Source: an uncultured Endomicrobiia bacterium (GTDB lineage: Bacteria > Elusimicrobiota > Endomicrobiia > DTEH01). From it: a stretch of DNA of 64,000 nucleotides. The position numbers and the translations under genes were made by a program. Below the pieces are notes generated by a model. That model had not been told where the DNA came from. It did not search any database and saw only the letters and a list, made by a program, of their open reading frames with translations. The DNA lies in NCBI GenBank assembly GCA_937928765.1, contig CALFVX010000004.1, forward strand, positions 15,799-79,798, read 5' to 3'. Shown here piece after piece: positions 1 to 9,890 of this stretch (positions are counted from its first letter, which is position 1; every line of letters starts with the position of its first letter).

Positions 1-769
1 TAATATAGAACAAAAAGATAAATATTTGCCTGATTTTGGTAAAATACCACAGAAAATTATTAATAGAGCTAAAATAATTTTTTTAAATTATCCAAACAAT
101 CCTACAACTGCTGTAGTTGAAGATGAAAAATTTTTTAAAGAAGCAATAAGTTTTGCAAAAAAAAATAATTTGATTTTGTGTTATGACAATGCATACTCTG
201 AGATAACATTTGACGGATATGTTGCACCATCAATTTTGCAATATGAGGGAGCAAAAGATGTTGCTTTGGAATTTCATAGTTTTTCAAAAACATTTTCTAT
301 GGCAGGATGGCGAGTAGGATTTGTTGTTGGCAGTGAGTATATAATATCACATCTTGAGAAGTTTAAATCTTTTGTAGACTATGGTGTGGCAACCTTTATA
401 CAACTTTCTGCAGTGAAGGCTCTGTTGGATTATGAAAGAATTGTTAAAGAAGTAAGAAATATCTATCAGAAAAGACGAGATATTATGATAAAAGAATTTA
501 AAAAAATAGGTTATATTGTAGATATTCCAAAAGCAACAATGTATCTATGGTGCAAACTCCCACAAGAAATTACAAAAAATATTGGCTCGTTGAAATTTGC
601 AGAAAAATTGTTAGTTGATAAAGGTGTAGCGGTAGCGCCAGGTGCTGGGTTTGGTTCAAACGCTGAAGGATATATAAGGTTAGCATTAGTTACTGCAAAT
701 AACAGGTTTCATGACACGGCATTAAGGTTTGATGAAGTTTTTAAAGAATTAGGTGTGAGGCTAAAATAA
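1..769 (+). CDS. Class I/II PLP-dependent aminotransferase (AspC/DapL-like), C-terminal part; the 5' end lies outside the window
   Basis: Frame is open from base 2. NYPNNPT and SFSKTFSMAGWRVGF (Schiff-base Lys) motifs. Confidence 0.8.
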   Translation, partial: NIEQKDKYLPDFGKIPQKIINRAKIIFLNYPNNPTTAVVEDEKFFKEAISFAKKNNLILCYDNAYSEITFDGYVAPSILQYEGAKDVALEFHSFSKTFSMAGWRVGFVVGSEYIISHLEKFKSFVDYGVATFIQLSAVKALLDYERIVKEVRNIYQKRRDIMIKEFKKIGYIVDIPKATMYLWCKLPQEITKNIGSLKFAEKLLVDKGVAVAPGAGFGSNAEGYIRLALVTANNRFHDTALRFDEVFKELGVRLK

Positions 770-770
770 G

Positions 771-2078
771 ATGAATAGTTTTAAAACAATAAAATTAGCA
801 ATTATAGGTATAGGCAGTGTTGGTTCTTCTGTATTAAAGATTTTTCAAAAAAATAAAAAGATTATAGAAGAGAAATGTGGTTGTAGAATAGAGATAAAGA
901 CCGTTTGTGATAAAGATCCAAGTAAACAAAAGTTAATTTTTAATGGAACAAAGTTTACTACTAACTACAACGAAGTATTAAAAGACCCAGAGATAGATAT
1001 TGTTGTAGAATTAATAGGAGGGATACATCCTGCATACGAAATTATTTCAGAATCAGTAAAATATGGTAAACACATAGTTACTGCAAACAAAGCTGTGCTT
1101 TCAGAACATTGGGATAAAATTTTTTTGTTAGCGAATAAATATAACAAAACAATATATTTTGAAGCAGCAGTTGCGGCAGGAATTCCTGTAATACAATCTT
1201 TAAATGAAGGGCTCGCAGGAAATAATATTTTAAGTATAACAGGAATACTTAATGGCACCACAAACTATATTTTATCTTTAATGACTCAGCAGAAATGCAG
1301 TTTTGATACTGCGTTGAAAAGAATTCAAAATCTTGGTATTGCAGAAGCTGATGTTTCATACGACATTTCTGGGTATGATACAGCTTGTAAGTTAAGTATA
1401 TTAAGTTCTTTAGGTTATTCCTCATGGGTGAAACTCAAAGATATTTTTATTGAAGGTATTGAAGATATAGAATTACAGGATATATTCTTTGCAGAAAGTT
1501 TTGGATATAAGATAAAACTTTTAGGGCATAGCGGGATTTATAAAAATAAATATTTTTTTGAAGTAAGAAAATTTTTAGTACCAAAAAACTCTGTTTTTGC
1601 AAATATCAACAATGAATATAATGGTATATTGATAGAAGGAAGTAATTGCGGAAAAATATTTTTTGCTGGCAAAGGAGCAGGAGGATTTGCTGCAGCTTCT
1701 GCTGTAGTTTCTGATATAATATGTATTGCAAAAGATATAATAAACGCAGTTGGTGGTAGAGCCCAGTATGTAGAATATATTCCAAAAAAATTAGATATTT
1801 TAAATATAAAAGAAAACGAAGGATATTTTTATTTAAGATTTATCACTTTAGATAAAGCAGGAGTATTAGCAAAAATTGCAAATATTTTAGGTAGATATAA
1901 TGTTTCTATAGCATCAGTGTATCAGAAAGAGCCTTTGTTAAAACTTCGTAGAGGTGTTCCAATAATTTTGCTTACTCATAAAACAAAAGAAAAAAATTTA
2001 ATTTCTGCAATTAAAAAAATTAAAAATTTAGATGTTGTTTTGAAACCGTCTGTTTATATAAAAATATTTTCTGAATAA
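771..2078 (+). CDS. hom: Homoserine dehydrogenase with C-terminal ACT domain
   Basis: N-terminal Rossmann GIGSVG, NGTTNYIL motif, ACT-like tail (YLRFITLDKAGVLAKI). Confidence 0.9.
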   Translation: MNSFKTIKLAIIGIGSVGSSVLKIFQKNKKIIEEKCGCRIEIKTVCDKDPSKQKLIFNGTKFTTNYNEVLKDPEIDIVVELIGGIHPAYEIISESVKYGKHIVTANKAVLSEHWDKIFLLANKYNKTIYFEAAVAAGIPVIQSLNEGLAGNNILSITGILNGTTNYILSLMTQQKCSFDTALKRIQNLGIAEADVSYDISGYDTACKLSILSSLGYSSWVKLKDIFIEGIEDIELQDIFFAESFGYKIKLLGHSGIYKNKYFFEVRKFLVPKNSVFANINNEYNGILIEGSNCGKIFFAGKGAGGFAAASAVVSDIICIAKDIINAVGGRAQYVEYIPKKLDILNIKENEGYFYLRFITLDKAGVLAKIANILGRYNVSIASVYQKEPLLKLRRGVPIILLTHKTKEKNLISAIKKIKNLDVVLKPSVYIKIFSE

Positions 2079-2209
2079 AAAAATAAAAAGGTGTGGTTTT
2101 GATATCTTTAATTTTAAATATAATTTGTCAACAATATATAAAAAACGATTTCATCATTTTAATAATAATATAGTATAATAAGTCTAGATTTTTTAGTAGG
2201 AGGATTTTA

Positions 2210-3607
2210 ATGTCTATAGAAACAAAATTAATAAAATCTGTTTCTGGACCACTGATTTTAGTTGAGGGGGCTAGAGGGGCAAAATATGAAGAACTTGTTG
2301 AGATAATACTTTCAAGCGGTGAACATAAGCTTGGGAGAGTTTTAGAGATAGAAGAAGACACTGCTTTAGTACAGTTGTTTGAAGAAAGCAGAGGCATAAA
2401 TATAGGTACTACAAAATTAAGATTCTTAAATAAAACAGTTACATTAGCAGTTTCAAGAACAATTTTAGGAAGAGTTTTTGACGGGTTGGGAAGACCAATA
2501 GACCGAGGGCCAGAGATTGTTGCACAGAAACGCCTTGATATAAACGGTAATCCTATAAATCCATATTCTCGTGCTTATCCACGCGAGTTTATACAAACAG
2601 GAATTTCTGCAATTGACGGTCTTAACACTCTTGTAAGAGGACAAAAACTTCCAATATTTTCAGGTGCTGGACTACCACATAACATTCTTGCAGTACAGAT
2701 TGCTCATCAAGCAACGGTTTTAAAATCTGAAACTTTAAAAGAAACAAATGAAACAGAAGAATTTGCGGTAGTGTTTGCAGCAATGGGTATAACTTTTGAA
2801 GAAGCAAATTTTTTTATTACAGAATTTAAAAAAACAGGTGCATTATCAAGAGCAGTGTTGTTTATAAATTTAGCGAACAATCCTGCAATAGAACGTATTG
2901 CTACACCGCGATTAGCATTGACTTGTGCTGAATATTTAGCTTTTGATTTAGATATGCATGTTTTAGTTATAATGAGTGATATGACAAACTACGCTGAAGC
3001 GTTAAGAGAGGTTTCTGCTGCAAGAAAAGAAGTTCCTGGAAGACGCGGTTATCCAGGATATCTTTATACAGATTTAGCAACTTTGTATGAAAGAGCAGGA
3101 AGGATTAAAAATAAGAAAGGTTCAATTACTTTAATGCCAGTACTTACAATGCCAGAAGATGATAAAACACATCCTATAGCAGATCTTACTGGATATATAA
3201 CTGAAGGACAGATAGTTTTATCTCGTGATTTACATCGTAAAGGTGTATATCCTCCTATAGATATAATGTCAAGTTTATCACGTTTACGAGATAAAGGTAT
3301 TGGAAAAGATAGAACTCGTGAGGATCATCCTGACTGGGCAAACCAGATGTTTGCATGTTATGCTAAAGGTAAAGAAGTTGAAGAACTAGCTATAGTTTTA
3401 GGTGAAGCAGCATTGGATGAAAATGATAAAATATATTTGAGATTTGTTTCTGAATTTGAACAAAAATTTTTAAAACAAAAAAATACAGAAAATCGTAGTA
3501 TTTTAGATACGATAGAGATTGGATATTCTTTACTAAGGATGTTTCCAAAAGAAGAACTTAAACGTATAAGTCCTGAATTTAAAGAAAAATATATAGATTT
3601 TAAATGA
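2210..3607 (+). CDS. ntpB: V-type (A/V) ATP synthase subunit B
   Basis: Full-length similarity to the V/A-ATPase B subunit. Degenerate P-loop [22 protein letters not shown] and [12 protein letters not shown] motifs. GGAGG RBS upstream. Confidence 0.85.
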   Translation: MSIETKLIKSVSGPLILVEGARGAKYEELVEIILSSGEHKLGRVLEIEEDTALVQLFEESRGINIGTTKLRFLNKTVTLAVSRTILGRVFDGLGRPIDRGPEIVAQKRLDINGNPINPYSRAYPREFIQTGISAIDGLNTLVRGQKLPIFSGAGLPHNILAVQIAHQATVLKSETLKETNETEEFAVVFAAMGITFEEANFFITEFKKTGALSRAVLFINLANNPAIERIATPRLALTCAEYLAFDLDMHVLVIMSDMTNYAEALREVSAARKEVPGRRGYPGYLYTDLATLYERAGRIKNKKGSITLMPVLTMPEDDKTHPIADLTGYITEGQIVLSRDLHRKGVYPPIDIMSSLSRLRDKGIGKDRTREDHPDWANQMFACYAKGKEVEELAIVLGEAALDENDKIYLRFVSEFEQKFLKQKNTENRSILDTIEIGYSLLRMFPKEELKRISPEFKEKYIDFK

Positions 3608-4254
3608 GATTATTAAAAAATTATATAAACCGATATAAATCCGAGATTAAGAAAGGCAAAGTTATAGTAATTTCTGCACCGTCAGGTGCTGGAAAGACAA
3701 CCGTATGCAAAGAGTTATTAAGAAGAAATAAAAATATTACTTTTTCGGTTTCTTATACTACTAGAGAAAAAAGAAGCCACGAAATTAATGGTAAAGATTA
3801 TTTCTTTGTTTCAGAGAAAAAATTTTTTAAAATGGTAAGACAAAATAAATTTATAGAATGGGCAAAAGTGCATAATCATTTCTATGGAACGCCGAAAGAC
3901 TTTGTTATTAAAACAATAAATTCTTCTAAAGATATTTTGCTTGATATTGATGTCCAGGGCGGGAAAAATATAAAAAAAATATTTCCTTATGGAATTTTTG
4001 TTTTTATTTTACCTCCGTCAGTAGAAGCTTTAAAACAAAGAATAATTTCTCGTGGAGAAGACGAAATAGATGAAATAAATACGCGATTAAAAAATGTTGA
4101 TAAAGAATTGAAATATATTAGTTATTATGATTATATTGTAATTAATGATAAGCTTAAAGAAACAGTAAAGATAATAGAAAATATAATTTCAGCAAATAAG
4201 TATAAAATAAAAATAGACAACAGATTGTCAAACACTTACAAGTATAGTTTGTAA
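3604..4254 (+). CDS. gmk: Guanylate kinase
   Basis: P-loop [10 protein letters not shown] and [17 protein letters not shown] motifs. ATGA overlap with the upstream gene. Confidence 0.9.
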   Translation: MRLLKNYINRYKSEIKKGKVIVISAPSGAGKTTVCKELLRRNKNITFSVSYTTREKRSHEINGKDYFFVSEKKFFKMVRQNKFIEWAKVHNHFYGTPKDFVIKTINSSKDILLDIDVQGGKNIKKIFPYGIFVFILPPSVEALKQRIISRGEDEIDEINTRLKNVDKELKYISYYDYIVINDKLKETVKIIENIISANKYKIKIDNRLSNTYKYSL

Positions 4255-4256
4255 TG

Positions 4257-4319
4257 AGTGATAGCAGGTAGTTTATGGTGAAGAGTAAAAAAGTGAGAAA
4301 GTGAAAAAAAGAAAAAGAG
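4257..4319 (+). repeat. Dispersed purine-rich AGTGARAA-periodic element, copy a (B-then-A module order), starting 3 nt after the gmk stop
   Basis: Sequence gagtgatagcaggtagtttatggtgaagagtaaaaaagtgagaaagtgaaaaaaag. Stops at 4279, 4286, 4294 and 4302 cover all three frames. Confidence 0.6.
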
Positions 4320-4324
4320 TTTAT

Positions 4325-4360
4325 TAGCCAACTCTTAAAGTTTGGCTAGCAGATTTTTTT
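4325..4360 (+). terminator. Candidate rho-independent terminator after gmk
   Basis: tagccaa / ttggcta 7-bp stem (4325-4331 / 4342-4348) followed by a T7 run at 4354-4360, with 5 nt between stem and T run. Confidence 0.4.
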
Positions 4361-4490
4361 GTTAAGATTTATTATGTTGTTGGGAGGCGAAGGTTGCATT
4401 TATGATTTTTTTTAATTTTTACCGTCAGTAAAAAATAAAAAATTGATAAATAAATTTAATACAAATAAACATTAAAGGAGATTTTTATAT

Positions 4491-5759
4491 ATGAAAAAAA
4501 TCAGGTTTATAATCTTTATAATTCTTATATATATAAGTTTTTCTTTTCCATCTTCTGAAGTTAAAGACAAAACTTATAAACAGATTAATCTTTTGTTAGA
4601 TGTGTTAAAATACACCGAAGAAAATTATGTTGAAGAAGTCGATAAAGAGAAATTGTTAAATTCTGCAATAAAAGGATTGTTAAAACCGTTAGATCCCTTT
4701 ACACAATTTATGGAACCAGATTTATATAAAGAACTTAAAGTTGAAACTGAAGGACAATTTGGAGGGTTAGGAATAAGAATTACTATTCGTGATGAATGGA
4801 TAACTGTTATTACACCTTTACCAGGAACACCTGCTTATAAAGCTGGAATTTTACCTAATGATAGAATCATAAAAATTGAAGGAGAATCAACTTATGGTAT
4901 GAGCTTAGAAGATGCAGTGAAAAAACTTCGTGGCCAGCCAGGAACAAAGGTTAATATCACAATTCAAAGAGAAACTCAAAAAGAACCTTTTGATCTTACA
5001 CTTACACGAGATATTATTAAGATTGAAGTAATAAAATATAAAATGTTAGAAAACAATATTGGATATATAGCATTGTTTGAATTTAACAGTAATTCATACA
5101 AAGATATTTCTCAAGCATTAGAAGAACTTAAAAAACAAGGTATGAAAGGATTAATACTCGATTTAAGAAACAATCCTGGTGGACTTTTAGACCAAGCAGT
5201 TAATATTGCAAAATTGTTTTTAGGAGAAAATAAACTTATTGTTTACACTGAAGGTAGAAAATCTCCAAGAAAAGAATATCGTGCAGATGAAAAAGCAAAA
5301 TATCTTGATATTCCAATGGTAGTTTTGGTAAATGGAGGTTCTGCTTCAGGAGCAGAAATTCTTGCAGGTGCCTTAAAAGATAATAAAAGGGCTATACTTG
5401 TAGGATCAAGAACTTTTGGTAAAGCGTCAGTACAAAGTGTTTTAGATTTAGGTGATGGTTATGGACTTAAACTTACCACTGCAAGATATTATACTCCTTC
5501 TGGTAAAAGAATTGATAAAATTGAACTTTCAAAAACACAAAAATCAACTTCTACAATAGAAGTTGGGGGTATAATGCCTGATATAGTTATAGAAGTGCCG
5601 AAAGAATTAGAGGTAAAACTTTATCAACAAAGAGAAGAAATATATACTCCAGGAAAAGAACCTGTTTCTGCAGTAAAGAAAGAAGAACAGGTAGAGGATA
5701 TAATTTTAGTTCGCGCTTTGGAAATATTAAAAGCAATAAATATTTATCTCAATAAATAA
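4491..5759 (+). CDS. ctpA: Carboxy-terminal processing peptidase (S41 family) with PDZ domain
   Basis: Signal peptide, PDZ (GLGIRI...PGTPAYKAGI), catalytic GGSASGAEI and TFGKASVQ motifs. Confidence 0.87.
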   Translation: MKKIRFIIFIILIYISFSFPSSEVKDKTYKQINLLLDVLKYTEENYVEEVDKEKLLNSAIKGLLKPLDPFTQFMEPDLYKELKVETEGQFGGLGIRITIRDEWITVITPLPGTPAYKAGILPNDRIIKIEGESTYGMSLEDAVKKLRGQPGTKVNITIQRETQKEPFDLTLTRDIIKIEVIKYKMLENNIGYIALFEFNSNSYKDISQALEELKKQGMKGLILDLRNNPGGLLDQAVNIAKLFLGENKLIVYTEGRKSPRKEYRADEKAKYLDIPMVVLVNGGSASGAEILAGALKDNKRAILVGSRTFGKASVQSVLDLGDGYGLKLTTARYYTPSGKRIDKIELSKTQKSTSTIEVGGIMPDIVIEVPKELEVKLYQQREEIYTPGKEPVSAVKKEEQVEDIILVRALEILKAINIYLNK

Positions 5760-5806
5760 AAAATTTACCTATCTATTTATTAATTTTTTTCCTAAAAACC
5801 ACAAAA

Positions 5807-6841
5807 ATGGTTAAAAAGAAAATTTATACATTAGGAATAGAAACATCCTGTGATGAAACTTCTGCTTCTGTAGTAGACAACAAATACAATATTCTCTCAA
5901 ATATAGTTTTTTCTCAACAAAAGTTACATTCTTTGTATTTTGGTGTAGTGCCAGAACTTGCCAGCAGAACTCATTACGAAAAAATACATTTTGTAATTGA
6001 AAAAGCGTTAAAAAATTTTGATATAAAAAAAATTAATCTCATTGCATACACAGGAAAACCTGGACTAAAAGGAGCACTATTAGTTGGTAAGATAGTTGCA
6101 AAAACTTTAGGTTATATATATTCTATACCTACAATTGCAGTAGATCATCTTTGGGGACATATCTACTCTATATTACTAACTTATAAAGGGGATATAAAAT
6201 TCCCTTTTTTGTCTGTTGTTATTTCGGGTGGACATACAGAATTAAGTATAGTATATTCTTTTACTGAACGAAAAATTTTAGGAGAGACAAGAGACGACGC
6301 TGTAGGTGAAGCGTTTGACAAAACTGTTAAAATGTTAGTAGAATACATAAATAAAATAAAGAAATATTATACTAAAAATTTGAAATTTTTAAATAAATGT
6401 TTAAAACACCTTAAATATCCGGGTGGACCTGTTGTTGAAAGATTTGCAAATTATGGTGATCCTTATTCTATAAATTTTCCAAAACCTTATATGTTAGAAA
6501 CCTACGATTTTTCTTTTAGCGGACTAAAAACAGCAGTTTTTTATTATCTTAATTCTAAACTTAAAGATTTCTATCCTAAACTTATATTTGATGTTTGTGC
6601 TTCTTTCCAAGAAACTGTGGTAGATACAATTACCACAAAGATCTTACATATTACAAAAAAATTAAATTGTGAGATTGTATGTATTAGCGGTGGTGTTTCA
6701 GCTAATGGTTATCTTAGAGAAAAAATGTTGGATTTAGGGAAAAAAAATAATATTAAAGTTTATTTTCCTAAAAAAGATCTTTCCACAGATAATGCTGCAA
6801 TGATAGCTTCTGCTGGGGCACATTTTTATTTTAATAGTTGA
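5807..6841 (+). CDS. tsaD: tRNA N6-adenosine threonylcarbamoyltransferase TsaD (Kae1/Gcp family) with an AT-rich internal insertion
   Basis: LGIETSCDETSASVV, ISGGHTEL, DDAVGEAFDK, YPGGP and SGGVSAN motifs. Confidence 0.9.
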   Translation: MVKKKIYTLGIETSCDETSASVVDNKYNILSNIVFSQQKLHSLYFGVVPELASRTHYEKIHFVIEKALKNFDIKKINLIAYTGKPGLKGALLVGKIVAKTLGYIYSIPTIAVDHLWGHIYSILLTYKGDIKFPFLSVVISGGHTELSIVYSFTERKILGETRDDAVGEAFDKTVKMLVEYINKIKKYYTKNLKFLNKCLKHLKYPGGPVVERFANYGDPYSINFPKPYMLETYDFSFSGLKTAVFYYLNSKLKDFYPKLIFDVCASFQETVVDTITTKILHITKKLNCEIVCISGGVSANGYLREKMLDLGKKNNIKVYFPKKDLSTDNAAMIASAGAHFYFNS

Positions 6842-6938
6842 AATAAAGATAAAAAATTTATAAAATAAATAATAGTTGAATTATAATTATCTTTAATATC
6901 TCACTTGAGTACATTTTTAAATTTATCTTCTCTATTAA

Positions 6939-6979
6939 GGTGAGTTGTGAAAAAGTGAGAAATTTAGAAAGTGAAAAAT
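6939..6979 (+). repeat. Dispersed purine-rich element, copy b
   Basis: Sequence ggtgagttgtgaaaaagtgagaaatttagaaagtgaaaaat. An inverted A-like segment (tttttctttccactct) lies about 70 nt downstream. Confidence 0.55.
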
Positions 6980-7149
6980 ATTATTATAAACACCTCCTTT
7001 GTTCTCTCATTAATAGGAGGGAAATGATTTTTCTTTCCACTCTATTACGAGTGGATTAAGGGGTATGTTATAAAAGTCTAACTTAATACATACTTGATAT
7101 GAGAAATTTTCTAAAAAAGTTACCAAAACTTTCCAACTGAGGAGGAAAA

Positions 7150-8169
7150 ATGAAAAGAAAAATAATTTTAATATCAATAATTTTTTTAATACTTTTTTTA
7201 GGTATAAAAAGTTATATTATGTCTCAACAGCAGAATAATCTTTCAGAACAACAAGTTGACCCTTTTAATGAAGCAGTGAAAAATATTTCTTCTTCTGATC
7301 CATACACAAGAAGACAAGCAGCTGAGCAGTTGGGTATGTTAAAAGATCAACGTGCAGTTGTATATCTTAAAAAACTTCTAAAAGATGAAAATCCGTATGT
7401 AAGACAGACAGCAGTAGATTCTTTAGGAATCATAAGAAACAAAGAAGTATTAGAAGATATTATAAAAGTTATAAAAACAGACAAAGAGCCGCAAGTAAGA
7501 CAATCTGCAGTTGTCGCATTAGGATATATAAATGATCCGAGATCTGTGCCTGTACTTTTAGAATTGCTAAAAGATGAAGATGAACTAATTTCAGTTAAAT
7601 ATGCAATATGTAATACCTTAAGTATAATAAGGTCTACCGAAGCAATACCTGTTTTAGTTTCTTTGTTAAAAACATCACAAGATATAAGTCTAAAAAAAAG
7701 TATAATTTATGCTTTGGGGAAAATACCTCACAAAGAAAGTGTGCAAGAGTTAAGAAGCATAATACTAGATAATCTTACTAATGAAGATATAATTATTGGT
7801 ATTCTTAGTGTTCTTACAGAAATAAATGATGTTGAAAGTATAGAAAAATTTTGGATAGTTTATTCTACAAATGTTGTATCAGAAAGGACAAAGTTTTATG
7901 CTGCATATGGAATAGCAAAGATTTCAAAAGACAAAAGTGTTCTTCCAATTATAAAAAAATCTTTGAAAAGTAATGATGAGAATATAAAAAATTCTGCAAT
8001 AGATGCAGCAAGGCTTATAGGTGATAAAGAAACCTTGAATATTTTAAAAAATATGGTTTTAGTTGAAAACTCTGAATACACTAAAGTTTTATTAGATATG
8101 GCGATAAAACAACTTGAGCAACAATTTCCTGCTCAAACACAACAAAAAACTTTACCTAAAAAACAATAA
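7150..8169 (+). CDS. Exported HEAT-repeat (PBS-lyase-like) protein
   Basis: Signal/anchor peptide. Repeated units such as RRQAAEQLG, VRQTAVDSLG and VRQSAVVALG. GAGGAGG RBS. Confidence 0.75.
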   Translation: MKRKIILISIIFLILFLGIKSYIMSQQQNNLSEQQVDPFNEAVKNISSSDPYTRRQAAEQLGMLKDQRAVVYLKKLLKDENPYVRQTAVDSLGIIRNKEVLEDIIKVIKTDKEPQVRQSAVVALGYINDPRSVPVLLELLKDEDELISVKYAICNTLSIIRSTEAIPVLVSLLKTSQDISLKKSIIYALGKIPHKESVQELRSIILDNLTNEDIIIGILSVLTEINDVESIEKFWIVYSTNVVSERTKFYAAYGIAKISKDKSVLPIIKKSLKSNDENIKNSAIDAARLIGDKETLNILKNMVLVENSEYTKVLLDMAIKQLEQQFPAQTQQKTLPKKQ

Positions 8170-8174
8170 AACAA

Positions 8175-8867
8175 ATGAAAAAATATTTTATAATCTTTAT
8201 TTTTTTAGTTTTAAATATTAGATTACTTTATAGTATGACTGAAATTGTATGTGTGAACAATCCTACTGCTGAAGTTGTAGATTATGGTATAGGTGAGATT
8301 GATATAAGACTTTATTCTTATGGTGGTATATTAAGCAGGTTTATTTTTGCTCCTTTTAATAGATTAAATTTCGGTGGAAGCTTAGATATTAATAAAATTT
8401 TAGGTACTGAAGAGCCAGAAATCCGAGATCCAGCATTTTATTTCAAATGGCGAGTTTTTGACGGAACACAGCTGTTTCCTTCGTTAGCGTTGGGTTATGA
8501 TGGCCAAGAATATAATTTTGTAGGATCAAGTTCTTTACCTGCGAAGGGATTGTTCTTAGTTTTTACAAAGAATTTATTTTTAGAAAAATTTTTTTGTGAT
8601 TTTGGAACCAATATTACAAAATATAACTCAGAAAATAGATTGTTTGGTTTTATAAATTTTAGATTTTTATACCAGGAAATATTTTCTTTTAGTTTAGAGT
8701 ATGAAAATATTGGCAAAAAAGAAATACAAAAAGTGAATTTAAAATTAGGTTTAATTTTAGCAAAAGTTTTGTCTATAGATTTTATTTTCAACAATTTATA
8801 TTCTGAAGAATCTTACAGCAAAATAGACAGGCAAGTAAGGATTAATTATTTATACAAATTTTTTTAA
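8175..8867 (+). CDS. Hypothetical outer-membrane beta-barrel-like protein
   Basis: Signal peptide, alternating aromatic/hydrophilic pattern, C-terminal ...YLYKFF beta-signal-like end. Confidence 0.45.
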   Translation: MKKYFIIFIFLVLNIRLLYSMTEIVCVNNPTAEVVDYGIGEIDIRLYSYGGILSRFIFAPFNRLNFGGSLDINKILGTEEPEIRDPAFYFKWRVFDGTQLFPSLALGYDGQEYNFVGSSSLPAKGLFLVFTKNLFLEKFFCDFGTNITKYNSENRLFGFINFRFLYQEIFSFSLEYENIGKKEIQKVNLKLGLILAKVLSIDFIFNNLYSEESYSKIDRQVRINYLYKFF

Positions 8868-8883
8868 AAATATATTATAACTT

Positions 8884-9858
8884 ATGTCAGAATATTATTT
8901 AGAATTTGAAAAACCAATTGAAGAACTAAAAAAACAAATTGACGAACTTAAATCTTCTGGTGTTGTAGATGAGAATATCAAGTTACAAATTGAAGATTTA
9001 CAGAAAAAATATGAAGAATTAAAAAAAGAAATATATACAAAACTTTCTTCTTCACAAAAGGTTTTAATTGCAAGACATCCACAACGACCTTATTCAAAAG
9101 ATTATATTTTTGCAATATTTACAAATTTTGTAGAACTTCATGGAGATAGATTTTTTAAAGATGACAAATCAGTTATTTGTGGTTTTGCAGAAATACAAAT
9201 TAAAGAAAATAAAAAAATTTCTATTGCTATAATAGGACAACAAAAAGGTAGATATTTGGAAGAAAACTTGATTTACAACTTTGGTATGATGCATCCTGAA
9301 GGATATAGAAAAGCTTTAAGAATAATGAAGTTAGCAGAAAAATTTAATATGCCAGTTGTAAGTTTTATAGACACACCAGGAGCATATCCTGGTATTGGTG
9401 CTGAAGAGCGGGGTCAAGCAGAAGCTATTGCTAAAAATTTACAGGAAATGGCTGAATTAAAAACGCCAATAATCTGTATAGTTATTGGAGAAGGTGGTTC
9501 TGGTGGTGCTTTAGGTATTGGTATAGGAGATAGATTATTAATGTTAGAAAACGCATATTATTCAGTAATTTCTCCTGAAGGATGTGCTTCAATATTGTTT
9601 CGAGACGCTTCTAAATGGCAACAAGCAGCTGAAGCTTTGAAACTTACTGCAAAAGATTTATATGAGCTAAAAATAATAGATGAAATTATTCCTGAACCAT
9701 TAGGTGGAGCACATAAAGATATACCACAAACAATAGAGAATGTAAAGAAATCAATAGTTGATAATATTTCAGAATTAATAGAAATTCCTAAAGAAGAATT
9801 ATTAAAAAGAAGATACAAAAAATACAGACAAATTGGAAAGTTTAAAACAAGTAAATAA
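8884..9858 (+). CDS. accA: Acetyl-CoA carboxylase carboxyltransferase subunit alpha
   Basis: [23 protein letters not shown] and [10 protein letters not shown] motifs. Confidence 0.92.
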   Translation: MSEYYLEFEKPIEELKKQIDELKSSGVVDENIKLQIEDLQKKYEELKKEIYTKLSSSQKVLIARHPQRPYSKDYIFAIFTNFVELHGDRFFKDDKSVICGFAEIQIKENKKISIAIIGQQKGRYLEENLIYNFGMMHPEGYRKALRIMKLAEKFNMPVVSFIDTPGAYPGIGAEERGQAEAIAKNLQEMAELKTPIICIVIGEGGSGGALGIGIGDRLLMLENAYYSVISPEGCASILFRDASKWQQAAEALKLTAKDLYELKIIDEIIPEPLGGAHKDIPQTIENVKKSIVDNISELIEIPKEELLKRRYKKYRQIGKFKTSK

Positions 9859-9890
9859 TTTTAATAAATTAAGAAAGGAGATTGTTAAAA

